Source of the DNA: Candidatus Nanopelagicales bacterium
GTDB lineage: Bacteria > Actinomycetota > Actinomycetes > S36-B12
Direction: 5' to 3'
Assembly (NCBI GenBank): GCA_030728405.1
Contig: JANQZS010000077.1
Span: forward strand, 12,767 to 76,766
Length of the DNA: 64,000 nt
The notes below the pieces were generated by a model. It saw nothing but the letters and a program-made list of their open reading frames with translations, made no database searches and was not told the origin of the DNA. A program made the position numbers and the translations under genes. Numbering within the stretch: position 1 is the stretch's first letter; each line of letters begins with the position of its first letter. Positions 18,876-30,056 of the stretch are shown here, piece after piece.

Positions 18876-19219
18876 GGCGATTAGTGCAGATCTTTCTTCC
18901 ATTGTTGTTGATTGGATTTCTCGCGGGCTGTTCGCAAATCGATGCCTTGGCACCTGTCGGGGGAGACAAAATCACGAGTGTGCGCAACGCTGCCTATAAC
19001 GTGTTGGTGCAGCAGCAGGTCGAGGTTTTGTTAGCACCGACCTGCAGCACTGTTGAAGCTGGATTCTCCTGCATTGGGAGCACGGTTGACAATGAACCAA
19101 TCGTGGTCGAAGCATCCGGGACAGCCCCTTTCCCGCTCGTGATCACTGTGGATGGCATCACGATTTTTGAGGGCACCGCTCAATCCGTATTGGACCAAGC
19201 GGTCTTGGAGGCGTCGTGA
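18872..19219 (+). CDS. Lipoprotein, unknown function
   Basis: Lipobox LLIGFLAGCSQ. It overlaps the upstream gene by 4 nt. Confidence 0.55.
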   Translation: MRRLVQIFLPLLLIGFLAGCSQIDALAPVGGDKITSVRNAAYNVLVQQQVEVLLAPTCSTVEAGFSCIGSTVDNEPIVVEASGTAPFPLVITVDGITIFEGTAQSVLDQAVLEAS

Positions 19220-19857
19220 AATCTTTTCTGCGCGTATGGCAAGGCTGGCGAATCGTGATGCCAGCAATCGTGATCAACGCGCTGGTGCAGGCTGCGTTGC
19301 TCCTTCCTGGCGTTTTGCCCTACTTGACGATCCCGTTCATTCTCATCGCGCTGGTGGGCTTCTTTGTTTTGGTGGCTTCGCTTGTACTCGTTGCTGCTGC
19401 AATGTTGCAGGCAGTCGGAGGTGTAGTTGATGCTGACGGAGTTCTGAGCACCCTGAAAGAGCGGTTCTGGCTGGTTATGTTGTGGTCACTTGGACTGGTA
19501 CTCGTTGTGACCCTGGGGCTGTCTCTGTTTGTTCTGCCAGGGCTGATTGTGTTAGCGCTGACACCGTTTGTATTGCTTGCCGTCATTGATGGCCAACGCA
19601 ACCCGATCTCCACTAACTTTGCGGTGATCAGAGCTCGGTGGGGGAGTTGGCTGTTGACCATAATTGTGATCGCTGCGGCATGTGTGGTGCTGTGGTTCTT
19701 CTCGGCGCTGAACGGTTTCTTTGTGTCCGGAGCCCCGGCGGCATTAATCGGCTGGCTGGTGCTTGGGTTCGCGTCGAGCTGGTTCATCAGCAGGTGGGCG
19801 TTCATCTATCGGCAGGTTGTGCCTCGGGGCGCCAGCGCAAAATACACACATGGCTGA
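19216..19857 (+). CDS. Polytopic membrane protein, unknown function
   Basis: About six hydrophobic segments. A 4-nt overlap with the lipoprotein gene suggests an operon. Confidence 0.5.
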   Translation: MKSFLRVWQGWRIVMPAIVINALVQAALLLPGVLPYLTIPFILIALVGFFVLVASLVLVAAAMLQAVGGVVDADGVLSTLKERFWLVMLWSLGLVLVVTLGLSLFVLPGLIVLALTPFVLLAVIDGQRNPISTNFAVIRARWGSWLLTIIVIAAACVVLWFFSALNGFFVSGAPAALIGWLVLGFASSWFISRWAFIYRQVVPRGASAKYTHG

Positions 19858-20401
19858 GCAGACTTCCGATCGAGCACGGTTCTTCCCGGCGATCGAGAAA
19901 AAGCATGGTCTACCGATGGCGTATTGGTTTGACCAGATGAAAGAGATTTCTGATCAGAAATATCCTGAGCAGATCGCTTTTCTGCGTGAGAACCACGGAT
20001 TTAGTCAAGCGCACGCGAATGCATTGGTGCTGTACTGTAGAGGTTCGAAGAACGCGCGCAAGTACAGCACGTTCGATGAGTATCTCGCTGAACACGATCC
20101 AGTCGCGGTGGAGACCCTTCGCAGTATTTTTGCGGTGCTGATGAAGAAGTTCCCCAAGCTCAAATTGGTGATCGCGTGGAATCACCCGATGCTTATGTTG
20201 GGAGACAATTACTTGTTTGGCGCGTCGATCCATACTAAGCACATTTTGCTCGCACCCAATAACGTTGAGGTGCTCGATGAATTTCGCCCGCGGCTCGCTG
20301 ATTACGTCGTAAACAAGAAGACTTTTGCAGTGCCACTTGATTGGAAAGTCAACCAGAAGTTATTGTGCGACATGATGTCAACTCAATTGAAGGCCGCGTG
20401 A
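19850..20401 (+). CDS. DUF4287 / YdhG(DUF1801)-like two-domain protein
   Basis: The N-terminus FFPAIEKKHGLPMAYWFDQM resembles DUF4287, and the C-terminal half resembles YdhG-like domains. ATG 19850 overlaps the upstream stop. Confidence 0.5.
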   Translation: MAEQTSDRARFFPAIEKKHGLPMAYWFDQMKEISDQKYPEQIAFLRENHGFSQAHANALVLYCRGSKNARKYSTFDEYLAEHDPVAVETLRSIFAVLMKKFPKLKLVIAWNHPMLMLGDNYLFGASIHTKHILLAPNNVEVLDEFRPRLADYVVNKKTFAVPLDWKVNQKLLCDMMSTQLKAA

Positions 20402-20760
20402 CCATAACTCGCGCCGAGCGATTTGGGCCTGCGCCGATCATTGCCATTCATGTCCTTGCAATGATCGGCGTTCTATTTTGGCTCTCCACGATAGTTGGCG
20501 CCTTTATCTCTGATTCGTCGAGCAAGTGGTACGTGGCCATGGTTGGGCTCGCGCTGGGTGGCGCACATGTAGCGATCTCAAGGTTTACATCACTGCACAG
20601 CACACGCGCTTTTGTGGCCATGTGGTTCGTATTTGTAGGGGATTCACTCCTTACTATTTTTGTCGATTGGCAAGCGATTGCCCTCGTGCTTTTCACGGTT
20701 GTGTTGCTGCTACTCACGAGAGTCCGCTCAGCTCGGATCTGGTTCGCCTCACGTATGTGA
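20398..20760 (+). CDS. Small 4-TM membrane protein
   Basis: Hydrophobic ORF. GTG 20398 forms a GTGA overlap with the preceding stop; TTG 20341 is an alternative start. Confidence 0.4.
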   Translation: MTITRAERFGPAPIIAIHVLAMIGVLFWLSTIVGAFISDSSSKWYVAMVGLALGGAHVAISRFTSLHSTRAFVAMWFVFVGDSLLTIFVDWQAIALVLFTVVLLLLTRVRSARIWFASRM

Positions 20761-20868
20761 AACTGATTCGCTTTATCGGGGGTTTCTCCGTACTATAAAG
20801 TTCGCTGTGTTCAATTCCGACCCAGCATGTCAGTAGCGAAATGATGGATCAGAACATGTGGACTAGAA

Positions 20869-21921
20869 ATGTGGACTAAGCGTCTAGCGCGGACAACTGC
20901 CGGATTGGCAACTGTTCTGAGTCTTCTGCTTGTTGCACCGATTGCGGTCGCAAATGAATTGTTACCAGAAGCCCCCACCGAATCCTTTAAACAGTCGGTG
21001 ACGGTGACAGTTCCGGTGCGGACCATCACCACTCCAGGTACCTCCGGGCAAAACGGGATCCTGGAAATGACCGTGGGCAACTCTGCGCCAATCTCCGTGA
21101 TGATCGACACCGGCTCTGTTGGATTGCGTCTTTGGGGCGGACAACTGCCGGGTGTCGCGATGACAAAGAAGAAGTTCTCGTCTTCGGTGAACGGAACGAG
21201 CGTGCCCGGGCTGATTGGCAAGGCGCCGATGACCCTCGGCGGGGTCACCACCACCCTTGCTGTCCCCTTTCAGTTGATTAACACCAGCAACCCGTACATC
21301 GCATCATGGAAGCGACTCGGGATTTCCGGAATTCTGGGGATCGGCGTGGGCAATGGGCAGTTGACTAACCCGCTCGTTGCCCTCCCGGGTGAATTGGGAA
21401 CCACATGGAGCGTCCACTTCTCCCGAACGTCAGCTCAGCGGGGATCGGACAAGGGAGCACTGATACTGGGTGCGCGCCCCACGGGGAATGCGGACCTGCA
21501 CTTTGTTCTTCCATATCTTGGCGTGAACATCAACGGAGCCCAATTGTGGGATGACCATGCAGCTAATGGTTGCTGGACGTTCAATGGCGGCCGGGAATAC
21601 TGCGTGCCCACCTGGTTCGACTCTGGATTTACCGTGATTCGGATTAAGGGGAGAGAGTTTTCTCGGCTGCCCAAGGCGACAGTTGGCTCCATCAAAGAAC
21701 TGCGCCCAGGGACCCGAGTTGCACTCGCTGCGGGGAACAGTGCGTTTACCGGAGCCGAATTTGTTGCCGGCAGGGCAGCCTCTCGAAATCTTGCTCGCAT
21801 AACCGCCACCGGCTCGCCAACCATTAACACCGGAAACTCGTTCTACTTCGACTACACGGTCACCTACAACGTGGTGACCGGCGATATCTATCTCACCAAG
21901 CCGCTTCAGAAGAGGAAGTAA
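20869..21921 (+). CDS. Secreted protein with two D(T/S)G motifs (possible pepsin-fold aspartyl protease)
   Basis: Signal peptide (TVLSLLLVAPIAVANE). MIDTGSVGL lies in the N-terminal half and WFDSGFTVI in the C-terminal half. The mature size is about 320 aa. Confidence 0.45.
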   Translation: MWTKRLARTTAGLATVLSLLLVAPIAVANELLPEAPTESFKQSVTVTVPVRTITTPGTSGQNGILEMTVGNSAPISVMIDTGSVGLRLWGGQLPGVAMTKKKFSSSVNGTSVPGLIGKAPMTLGGVTTTLAVPFQLINTSNPYIASWKRLGISGILGIGVGNGQLTNPLVALPGELGTTWSVHFSRTSAQRGSDKGALILGARPTGNADLHFVLPYLGVNINGAQLWDDHAANGCWTFNGGREYCVPTWFDSGFTVIRIKGREFSRLPKATVGSIKELRPGTRVALAAGNSAFTGAEFVAGRAASRNLARITATGSPTINTGNSFYFDYTVTYNVVTGDIYLTKPLQKRK

Positions 21922-21924
21922 GCA

Positions 21925-23907
21925 ATGTCAGACAACATGTCAACAGAATCAGCTGAATCACAAGGCGGGCTCAGCCGTCGACGCTTACTTCAAGCAGCTG
22001 GTGTGGCAGGTGTGGCGGCAGGAATCGCGGCGACCTCGTCTGGCACTGCGCAAGCGGTCTCGCCCATGGCGCCGTTTCGCCCCCGGGGCAGGCTTCGTCG
22101 TCGGCCCAACTTTCTCATCGTGATGATGGATGAGCAGCGGGCAGCACCGTTCTATGAGAGCCCGGAGTTGAAGGCATGGCGTCTGGCGAATTTGCCGACT
22201 CAGAACCTCATCCGCAAGAACGGATTCGAGTTCACCGAACACCATGTGATGTCGGTGGCTTGCCAGCCAAGTCGGGCATCGATTTACACCGGCCAGTACC
22301 CGTCGCTGCATGGCATCGCGCAAACGTCAGGTGCGGCAAAGACCGCGATCGAGCAGGATCTCTACTGGCTTGATCCCACCTCGGTGCCCACCTTGGGTAA
22401 CTATTTCCGTGCAGCTGGTTACGACACGTATTGGAAGGGCAAGTGGCACATTTCTGATGCCGATCTCTACCAGCCTACCTCATATAACCCGGTTCCCTCC
22501 TACAACAATCTCGGACTTCGGGACCGGTACCTCGAAGACATTTACCTGGAATCCGAGCGGCTCGAGCAGTATGGCTTCACCGGATTCATCGGGCCAGAAC
22601 CCCACGGCAGCAACCCGCTCAACTCCGGATCCTCTGGACCTGGCGGGCGCGGCCGCGATGAGGTCTATGCCGATCTAGGTGTTGAGCAACTCCAGCGCTT
22701 GCGCGGAAATGAGAAGCCGTGGTTACTCGTTACCTCGTTCGTGAACCCACACGACATCACGCTGTGGGGGAGTCTGACTCTTGCTGGTGACCTGAGTGGT
22801 GCTCAGGGAGCCTTTTACCTTGCCCAACAGCTCATTGGTTCGAACGTGCCCACCAATCTCTTTGGACCGGAGTACACCCGCTCTGCGAACGAGGATTTGA
22901 GCACCAAGCCGGTTGCCCAGGGAAGTTTCGTTTCGCAGTACCCCAAGGGGTTCCAGCCGCTTGATAACGGCCCTGAATATCACCGTTTCTATTACCAACT
23001 GCAAAAGAACGTCGACGAGCAAATCGGGCGAGTCATCAAGGCGCTTACCGAAGAGCGTGAGCAGTACCGCGACACCATCATCATTTATCTCTCCGATCAC
23101 GGCGAGATGCTCGGTGCCCACGGGGGCATGTTCCAGAAATGGCATTCGGCTTATGACGAGATGCTCAAGGTGCCGTTCATCTTCCACAACCCCACGTTGT
23201 TCCCGCAGGCCCAGACCAGCGATGTGCTCACCAGCCACGCGGATCTCTTGCCAACGATGATCGGCCTGGCCGGGCTCGATGAGAAGGTCCTCGCCAAGGA
23301 GCTTCGCAAGACACACACCCAGGTTCGGCGTTTGGTGGGCAATGACCTTTCAGGGCACCTGCTCGGTGAACAAGATGGATCGGTCTACGAGAAGCGTCCG
23401 GTCTATTTCATGACCGATGATCAGCCATTCAAGGGCGCTAATGCGGTCTCCTTCGCGGGCCTGCCCTACCAGCCGGTCGATCAACCAAACTGCGTTGAAA
23501 CAGTTGTTACCTATTTACCCACGGGCCCTGCCGGAACAAAAGAGCGCTGGAAGTACTCGCGCTACTGGGATAACCCGCAGTTCTGGTCACAACCCAACGT
23601 ACAAGATGTGCAGACGTTCGTAGTTGGCAGGGTCAATGCGCCAGGCACCAAGGTGGCGCGCACCACAGTCAAGACCCTCAATCCGACTGCAGGTCAAGTT
23701 GGACCACCGGCGGATGAGTTTGAGCTGTACAACACCACGGTTGACCCACTTGAGATGAGCAATCTCTATGGGAATTCACAATTTGCTCTTACGCAGACAC
23801 TCATGGTCAATCTGCTCGCAACAGAGCGGAGCGTCAAGCGTCTGACTCCGGTTATCGAGCCGTGGGCTGATGGCAGCGCGCAGCAGTTCCCGTTTACGCC
23901 GAACTAA
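21925..23907 (+). CDS. Tat-exported sulfatase (formylglycine type)
   Basis: SRRRLLQAAG twin-arginine signal and CQPSRASIYTGQ (the C-x-P-x-R formylglycine motif). Confidence 0.8.
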   Translation: MSDNMSTESAESQGGLSRRRLLQAAGVAGVAAGIAATSSGTAQAVSPMAPFRPRGRLRRRPNFLIVMMDEQRAAPFYESPELKAWRLANLPTQNLIRKNGFEFTEHHVMSVACQPSRASIYTGQYPSLHGIAQTSGAAKTAIEQDLYWLDPTSVPTLGNYFRAAGYDTYWKGKWHISDADLYQPTSYNPVPSYNNLGLRDRYLEDIYLESERLEQYGFTGFIGPEPHGSNPLNSGSSGPGGRGRDEVYADLGVEQLQRLRGNEKPWLLVTSFVNPHDITLWGSLTLAGDLSGAQGAFYLAQQLIGSNVPTNLFGPEYTRSANEDLSTKPVAQGSFVSQYPKGFQPLDNGPEYHRFYYQLQKNVDEQIGRVIKALTEEREQYRDTIIIYLSDHGEMLGAHGGMFQKWHSAYDEMLKVPFIFHNPTLFPQAQTSDVLTSHADLLPTMIGLAGLDEKVLAKELRKTHTQVRRLVGNDLSGHLLGEQDGSVYEKRPVYFMTDDQPFKGANAVSFAGLPYQPVDQPNCVETVVTYLPTGPAGTKERWKYSRYWDNPQFWSQPNVQDVQTFVVGRVNAPGTKVARTTVKTLNPTAGQVGPPADEFELYNTTVDPLEMSNLYGNSQFALTQTLMVNLLATERSVKRLTPVIEPWADGSAQQFPFTPN

Positions 23908-23959
23908 TTGATGGAGTACGGCAGACTGGGCACACCATTTACCAGTAGGGGAGAGCACC

Positions 23960-24271
23960 ATGCCAGCAGTTATTGAGTACAACATGCGGACCAAGCCTGA
24001 GTTTTTCGATGAGGTGCTTGATGCGTATGTGCTTTTCGCCGATGCATTTGGCATGGTGAATCCGCAGGAGGATCTGATCCTTGTCACTGCCGATCGTCGC
24101 CGCCAGATCATTCGGGGAATTGGTGTATTCGAGACCGCTAGCGAGGCTCTCGAAGTTGGCCATGCGGCAATGTTCGAGCGTTTCCGTGATTCAGTAGCAG
24201 ACAAGCTGACTGAAGTTCCTGAGCGGGAAGAACTCGAACTCGTTCACGTGTTCGTCAAAACTATTGACTAG
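23960..24271 (+). CDS. Hypothetical protein
   Basis: 103-aa ORF with a GGAGAG RBS-like sequence upstream. No recognisable motif. Confidence 0.4.
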   Translation: MPAVIEYNMRTKPEFFDEVLDAYVLFADAFGMVNPQEDLILVTADRRRQIIRGIGVFETASEALEVGHAAMFERFRDSVADKLTEVPEREELELVHVFVKTID

Positions 24272-24276
24272 TTGCA

Positions 24277-24319
24277 ATGAGAGAAGCCCCCTGCAAACAT
24301 CGCAGGGGGCTTCTCTCAT
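24277..24319. terminator. Bidirectional stem-loop terminator between convergent genes
   Basis: A perfect 18-bp stem, ATGAGAGAAGCCCCCTGC / GCAGGGGGCTTCTCTCAT, with a 7-nt loop. It lies between the hypothetical gene (+) and katG (-). There is no strong U-tract, which is common in actinobacteria. Confidence 0.75.
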
Positions 24320-24330
24320 TACATGTTGCT

Positions 24331-26567
<2,237 letters not shown>

Positions 26568-26583
<16 letters not shown>

Positions 26584-27002
26584 GACTGGCAAGCGGGGCA
26601 CCGGCCCCAGTACGCAACGTCGGCTTGGTCGATTTGGTATCCCTGATTGTTGCTGGCTGTAAGGCACGGTGTCTCGCCGACTGCGCAGTCAACGTCGACT
26701 ACCTGCCCACACCCACGACAGATCAAGTGGTGATGGTTATCGCCCACACGATCTTCATATCGGGCGGCTGAGCCGACCGGTTGAATGCGTTGAAGGAGAC
26801 CAGCGTCGACCAAAGTGCCTAGTGCGTCGTAGACAGATTGGCGAGATATCGCACCTATTTCATTGCGTGCTACCTGTGCAACCTCTTCAGCGGTGGCGTG
26901 CGGGTGGCCGGCTACCGCTCGCAAAACTGCGATGCGTTGGGCCGTGACCTGGACCCCTTGCCCGCGAAGGGCTTCAGCGTGGTCGGTGAGATCAGTGGGC
27001 AC
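26568..27002 (-). CDS. furA: Fur-family regulator (FurA, upstream of katG)
   Basis: Fur fold with [10 protein letters not shown]...C...C metal sites. This is the canonical furA-katG arrangement. Confidence 0.85.
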
Positions 27003-27088
27003 ACGTCGACTCTAACTCGAAGTGTGTACTGAGTCAAAGGTTGGAGTACATCAATTCGTCAACACCTAGGAGTTTGTCGGTAATCTCG

Positions 27089-27104
27089 ATACCCAGGGGG
27101 GTAT
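27089..27104. promoter_or_regulatory. Palindrome ATACCC-aggg-GGGTAT, CsoR/RicR/CstR-type operator look-alike
   Basis: Perfect 6-bp arms with a 4-nt spacer. The right arm overlaps a -10-like TATAGT (27102-27107). It lies 51 nt upstream of the hidden small ORF and about 87 nt upstream of furA on the other strand. Confidence 0.4.
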
Positions 27105-27154
27105 AGTCGAATATCGACGATTGCCACCAGCAGTCCCAGCAGAACGGATCTACG

Positions 27155-27328
27155 ATGTGCCGTCAGGCGAAGTGCAAGGCGTGTTCACGAGTCACGTGGG
27201 CCGGTTGTGGCCAGCATGTTTCTCAGGTGATGAAGGGTGTGCCGAAGAGCGATCGCTGCACGTGCACGGCTGCAGAAAAAGCCGCAGCTAAACAGGGTTC
27301 CTTTTTCTCACGCTTTTTCGGCCGCTAA
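27155..27328 (+). CDS. Hidden 57-aa cysteine-rich small protein
   Basis: Hand translation gives MCRQAKCKACSRVTWAGCGQHVSQVMKGVPKSDRCTCTAAEKAAAKQGSFFSRFFGR*. There are 6 Cys including CxxC. An in-frame stop lies upstream at 27104-27106, so ATG 27155 is the only possible start. Third-position GC is consistent with coding. Confidence 0.5.
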   Translation: MCRQAKCKACSRVTWAGCGQHVSQVMKGVPKSDRCTCTAAEKAAAKQGSFFSRFFGR

Positions 27329-27376
27329 AAGTTTTTCCGCGTCGTACCCAGCGCCTAATGCCACTATCGTTTCGTC

Positions 27377-28027
27377 GTGATCGAGAGCATTGACCTACCC
27401 GATCTTGCGATGAGTGCTCCCTTGGGGCTCGCACTCATCACGGTGTTGGTCAATGCTGTCGTGGGAGCTCTCCGCGGTTATACCGACACGGAGCGCGAAT
27501 GGGACATCGTTGGCATAAGTGCTTTCGCGCTGCTCATGGGTTTGGGTGGTGGATTTATCCGTGATGTTCTCATTGGAAATTTACCGGCGGAATCCTTGCG
27601 AAGTCCGTGGTACCTCGTCACTGTCATGGTGGGCATTGCATTAGTGCTGCTGGTGGGTAGAAAAATTCCACACATTCAGCCAGTGATGGTTTTTCTCAAT
27701 GCCGTAGCGATGGGGCTCTTTGCCGTGACAGGGGTGGCGTATGCCACAGATGCAGGCCTCACATTCGTTCCCGCAGTGCTCATTGGCACGCTGTCTGCAG
27801 TGGGCGGTGGAGTACTTGTCTCAGTCCTACAAGGACAGGTTCCCGGCATTCTGTTGGCGAGTGCTCCCAATGCGCTGCTCGCAGTGTGGGGTTCAGCAAC
27901 GTACGCCGTGGTGGCGATCTGGAGCCCGGTCGCAGCTTCCATCGCAGGTATTGCGGCAGTCGTCATAGCTCAGTACGTAGTCAACTACTTCGGACTTACA
28001 ACAAAGCCAACGACTGGCCGAAAATAA
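27377..28027 (+). CDS. TRIC/UPF0126-family cation channel-like membrane protein
   Basis: Two-fold repeated 3-TM architecture with Gly-rich motifs (LMGLGGGFIRDVLIG / LSAVGGGVLVSVL). Confidence 0.65.
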   Translation: MIESIDLPDLAMSAPLGLALITVLVNAVVGALRGYTDTEREWDIVGISAFALLMGLGGGFIRDVLIGNLPAESLRSPWYLVTVMVGIALVLLVGRKIPHIQPVMVFLNAVAMGLFAVTGVAYATDAGLTFVPAVLIGTLSAVGGGVLVSVLQGQVPGILLASAPNALLAVWGSATYAVVAIWSPVAASIAGIAAVVIAQYVVNYFGLTTKPTTGRK

Positions 28028-28049
28028 TTAGACAGATTCGTGTACCGGC

Positions 28050-28433
28050 TTAGTTCGGTTGGCGCTGCTTCTTGAATGTGCGCCATGGCCCCGGGATTAC
28101 CCAGATGAACATCGACACGATCCAAATCAGCAAGGTTGCACCAACCCAGGTCCCGACCCCATCAATCTCTAAACCGCCAGTGAATAGCGTCGTGATGAAC
28201 AGGGCAAGGAAAGTGGCGATCAAACCGCTCAGCGCGATGAGCGAGCCAGCGTGGCGCAACAGCAGCTTGAGGATTAACCACGGCAGAAGAGCACTCAGCA
28301 GGGCAAAAACGATCAACGCAATGACGAATCCGTTAACGCTGAGGTCAAAGCCGCTAAAGATGAGACCGGCGAGGATGAGTGCAATGGCGTTGGCACCAAG
28401 GCCGAGAATCCACGACATCAGAAATTTGGGCAT
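28050..28433 (-). CDS. DUF360 / holin-4-like 4-TM membrane protein
   Basis: 127 aa, four TM segments, basic C-terminus. The family call is tentative. Confidence 0.45.
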   Translation of the reverse strand: MPKFLMSWILGLGANAIALILAGLIFSGFDLSVNGFVIALIVFALLSALLPWLILKLLLRHAGSLIALSGLIATFLALFITTLFTGGLEIDGVGTWVGATLLIWIVSMFIWVIPGPWRTFKKQRQPN

Positions 28434-28487
28434 GGCTCAACGATACGGAACTGTGAGGAGGTATTTCGCTAACACAGGGTTGACCCC

Positions 28488-28850
28488 GTGTCCCCAATTC
28501 GGGTGTCAGGCGGTGGGCTTAACCTCCACGCCATGTCCATTGGATACCCATTAGCTGAGGCGGAAATCGTCTCGAGCTCTGAGCCGATTTTGTGCTCGCG
28601 TTGCCACAATCAAGTGTCTGGGTCGTCGACCCTTCCGGCCGTGGCCCTCACCCCGCAAGAACTGGGTGTGCTTCGCCTCTACGCATCGGGTACCACCATG
28701 TATTCGGTTGCGCGAGAACTAGGAATCGCGCCCTCGTCGGTTGCCACGTACATCAAGCGGATCCGGAAGAAATATGCACAGGCCGGCATCCAACTTTCTT
28801 CGAAAGTTGACCTGAATCGGGTGGCTCGAGAAACTGGCCTAATAGATTAG
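28488..28850 (+). CDS. LuxR-type HTH protein (stand-alone)
   Basis: C-terminal GerE/LuxR HTH (LTPQELGVLRLYASGTTMYSVARELGIAPSSVATYIKRIRKK). ATG 28531 is an alternative start. Confidence 0.65.
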   Translation: MSPIRVSGGGLNLHAMSIGYPLAEAEIVSSSEPILCSRCHNQVSGSSTLPAVALTPQELGVLRLYASGTTMYSVARELGIAPSSVATYIKRIRKKYAQAGIQLSSKVDLNRVARETGLID

Positions 28851-28915
28851 CTCTCATAGATTAATTGCGATTCCAAAGCTCACAAACGCCCACATGAGGA
28901 TCGGGGGTAATCACC

Positions 28916-29566
28916 ATGCTGGGAAGATCGATCCTCATCGTCGAAGACGAAGCACTCTTGAGGGAACTGCTGGCACACACCCTTGAAGCCAGGGGCTTCC
29001 TCGTCACAACCGCTGCTTCGGCGGCCGATGCGAAAAGAATATTCGCACAAATCGACCCAGATGCACTAGTTCTGGATGTGGATCTGGGCAGGGGGGCCAA
29101 CGGGTTTGATGTGGCTGAATCCATTCGGTTGCAAGCACCGCACGTAGGGATTGTGTTCCTGACCAATCTTCCTGACCAGCGCTTTGCAACCGTCGAGCCG
29201 GAAAAACTGCCCAAAGGTATTGCCTATCTGCGTAAGTCTGCGCTGACCAACGTAGACCTCCTGATCGATGCGCTCGATGCAGTGCTACGAGGTCAAGGAA
29301 CCGATAGTTATCGCCAAGACCGTGATACAAACCGGCCGTTGGGCACTCTCACGCGCAAGCAAATACAAGTGCTGCAGTTAGTCGCGCAGGGAAAGACGAA
29401 TTCGCAAATTGCCCAAGAGCGGGGGGTTTCCGTCAAAGCGATTGAAGACACCATCGGTCGGTTATGTGTGGCTCTGGGCATCGACTCGAGTGAAGAAGGA
29501 AATGTGCGGGTGGCTGCGGTTCGGCAACTGCTCAACATTCGAAGTGTTCCTGAGCAACAGGCTTAG
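28916..29566 (+). CDS. NarL/LuxR-family response regulator
   Basis: A REC domain (ILIVEDE...LVLDVDL) plus a LuxR HTH (LTRKQIQVLQLVAQGKTNSQIAQERGVSVKAIE). Confidence 0.85.
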   Translation: MLGRSILIVEDEALLRELLAHTLEARGFLVTTAASAADAKRIFAQIDPDALVLDVDLGRGANGFDVAESIRLQAPHVGIVFLTNLPDQRFATVEPEKLPKGIAYLRKSALTNVDLLIDALDAVLRGQGTDSYRQDRDTNRPLGTLTRKQIQVLQLVAQGKTNSQIAQERGVSVKAIEDTIGRLCVALGIDSSEEGNVRVAAVRQLLNIRSVPEQQA

Positions 29567-29668
29567 TTGAAGAGCAAACGAACACGCTGGTACATCATCA
29601 TCTTCAGATTTGCTGGCGAGTATGGAGTGAGTTCGAGATAGGTCACTTTTCAGCCTTAAGATCGGACC

Positions 29669-29962
29669 ATGTCTTCTGCCCTGTATCTCATTGCCACGAT
29701 CTACCCAGCTGCCCAGCACAAGACCGAGGTCTTAACTGCCCTGGGCGCCCTCATTGAGGCCTCACGGGCAGAATCTGGATGCGAGATGTATGACCTTGTT
29801 CAAGGTGATGGTGAAGATGTTTGGGTGATGATGGAGAAATGGTCATCCAAAGAGCACTGGGATGCGCACATGACTACAGATCATGTGAAGACCATGGGGA
29901 TGCTCGATAAGGCCTTCTTCACCCACGAGACCCAACTCAGGTTTTTACACCCCGTTAAGTAA
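29669..29962 (+). CDS. Antibiotic-biosynthesis-monooxygenase (ABM) domain protein
   Basis: 97-aa ferredoxin-like ABM pattern (YDLVQ...WVMMEKWSSKEHWDAHMTTDH). Confidence 0.7.
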   Translation: MSSALYLIATIYPAAQHKTEVLTALGALIEASRAESGCEMYDLVQGDGEDVWVMMEKWSSKEHWDAHMTTDHVKTMGMLDKAFFTHETQLRFLHPVK

Positions 29963-30056
29963 CAACTGTCTAAAGGTATGGATCGGAAAGTCTGGTTGGC
30001 AGATCTATGTCTTGTTGCTCTTACGAATACACCGAGCTATCGGCCACACTAAGGGC

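Noticed and set aside
20855-20882. Duplicated ATGTGGACTA(G/A)A at the start of the secreted-protein gene, giving a 7-codon upstream mini-ORF (MWTRNVD*)
   Set aside because: It looks like a short slippage duplication of the start region. I have no evidence of a leader-peptide function, and it is too small to evaluate.
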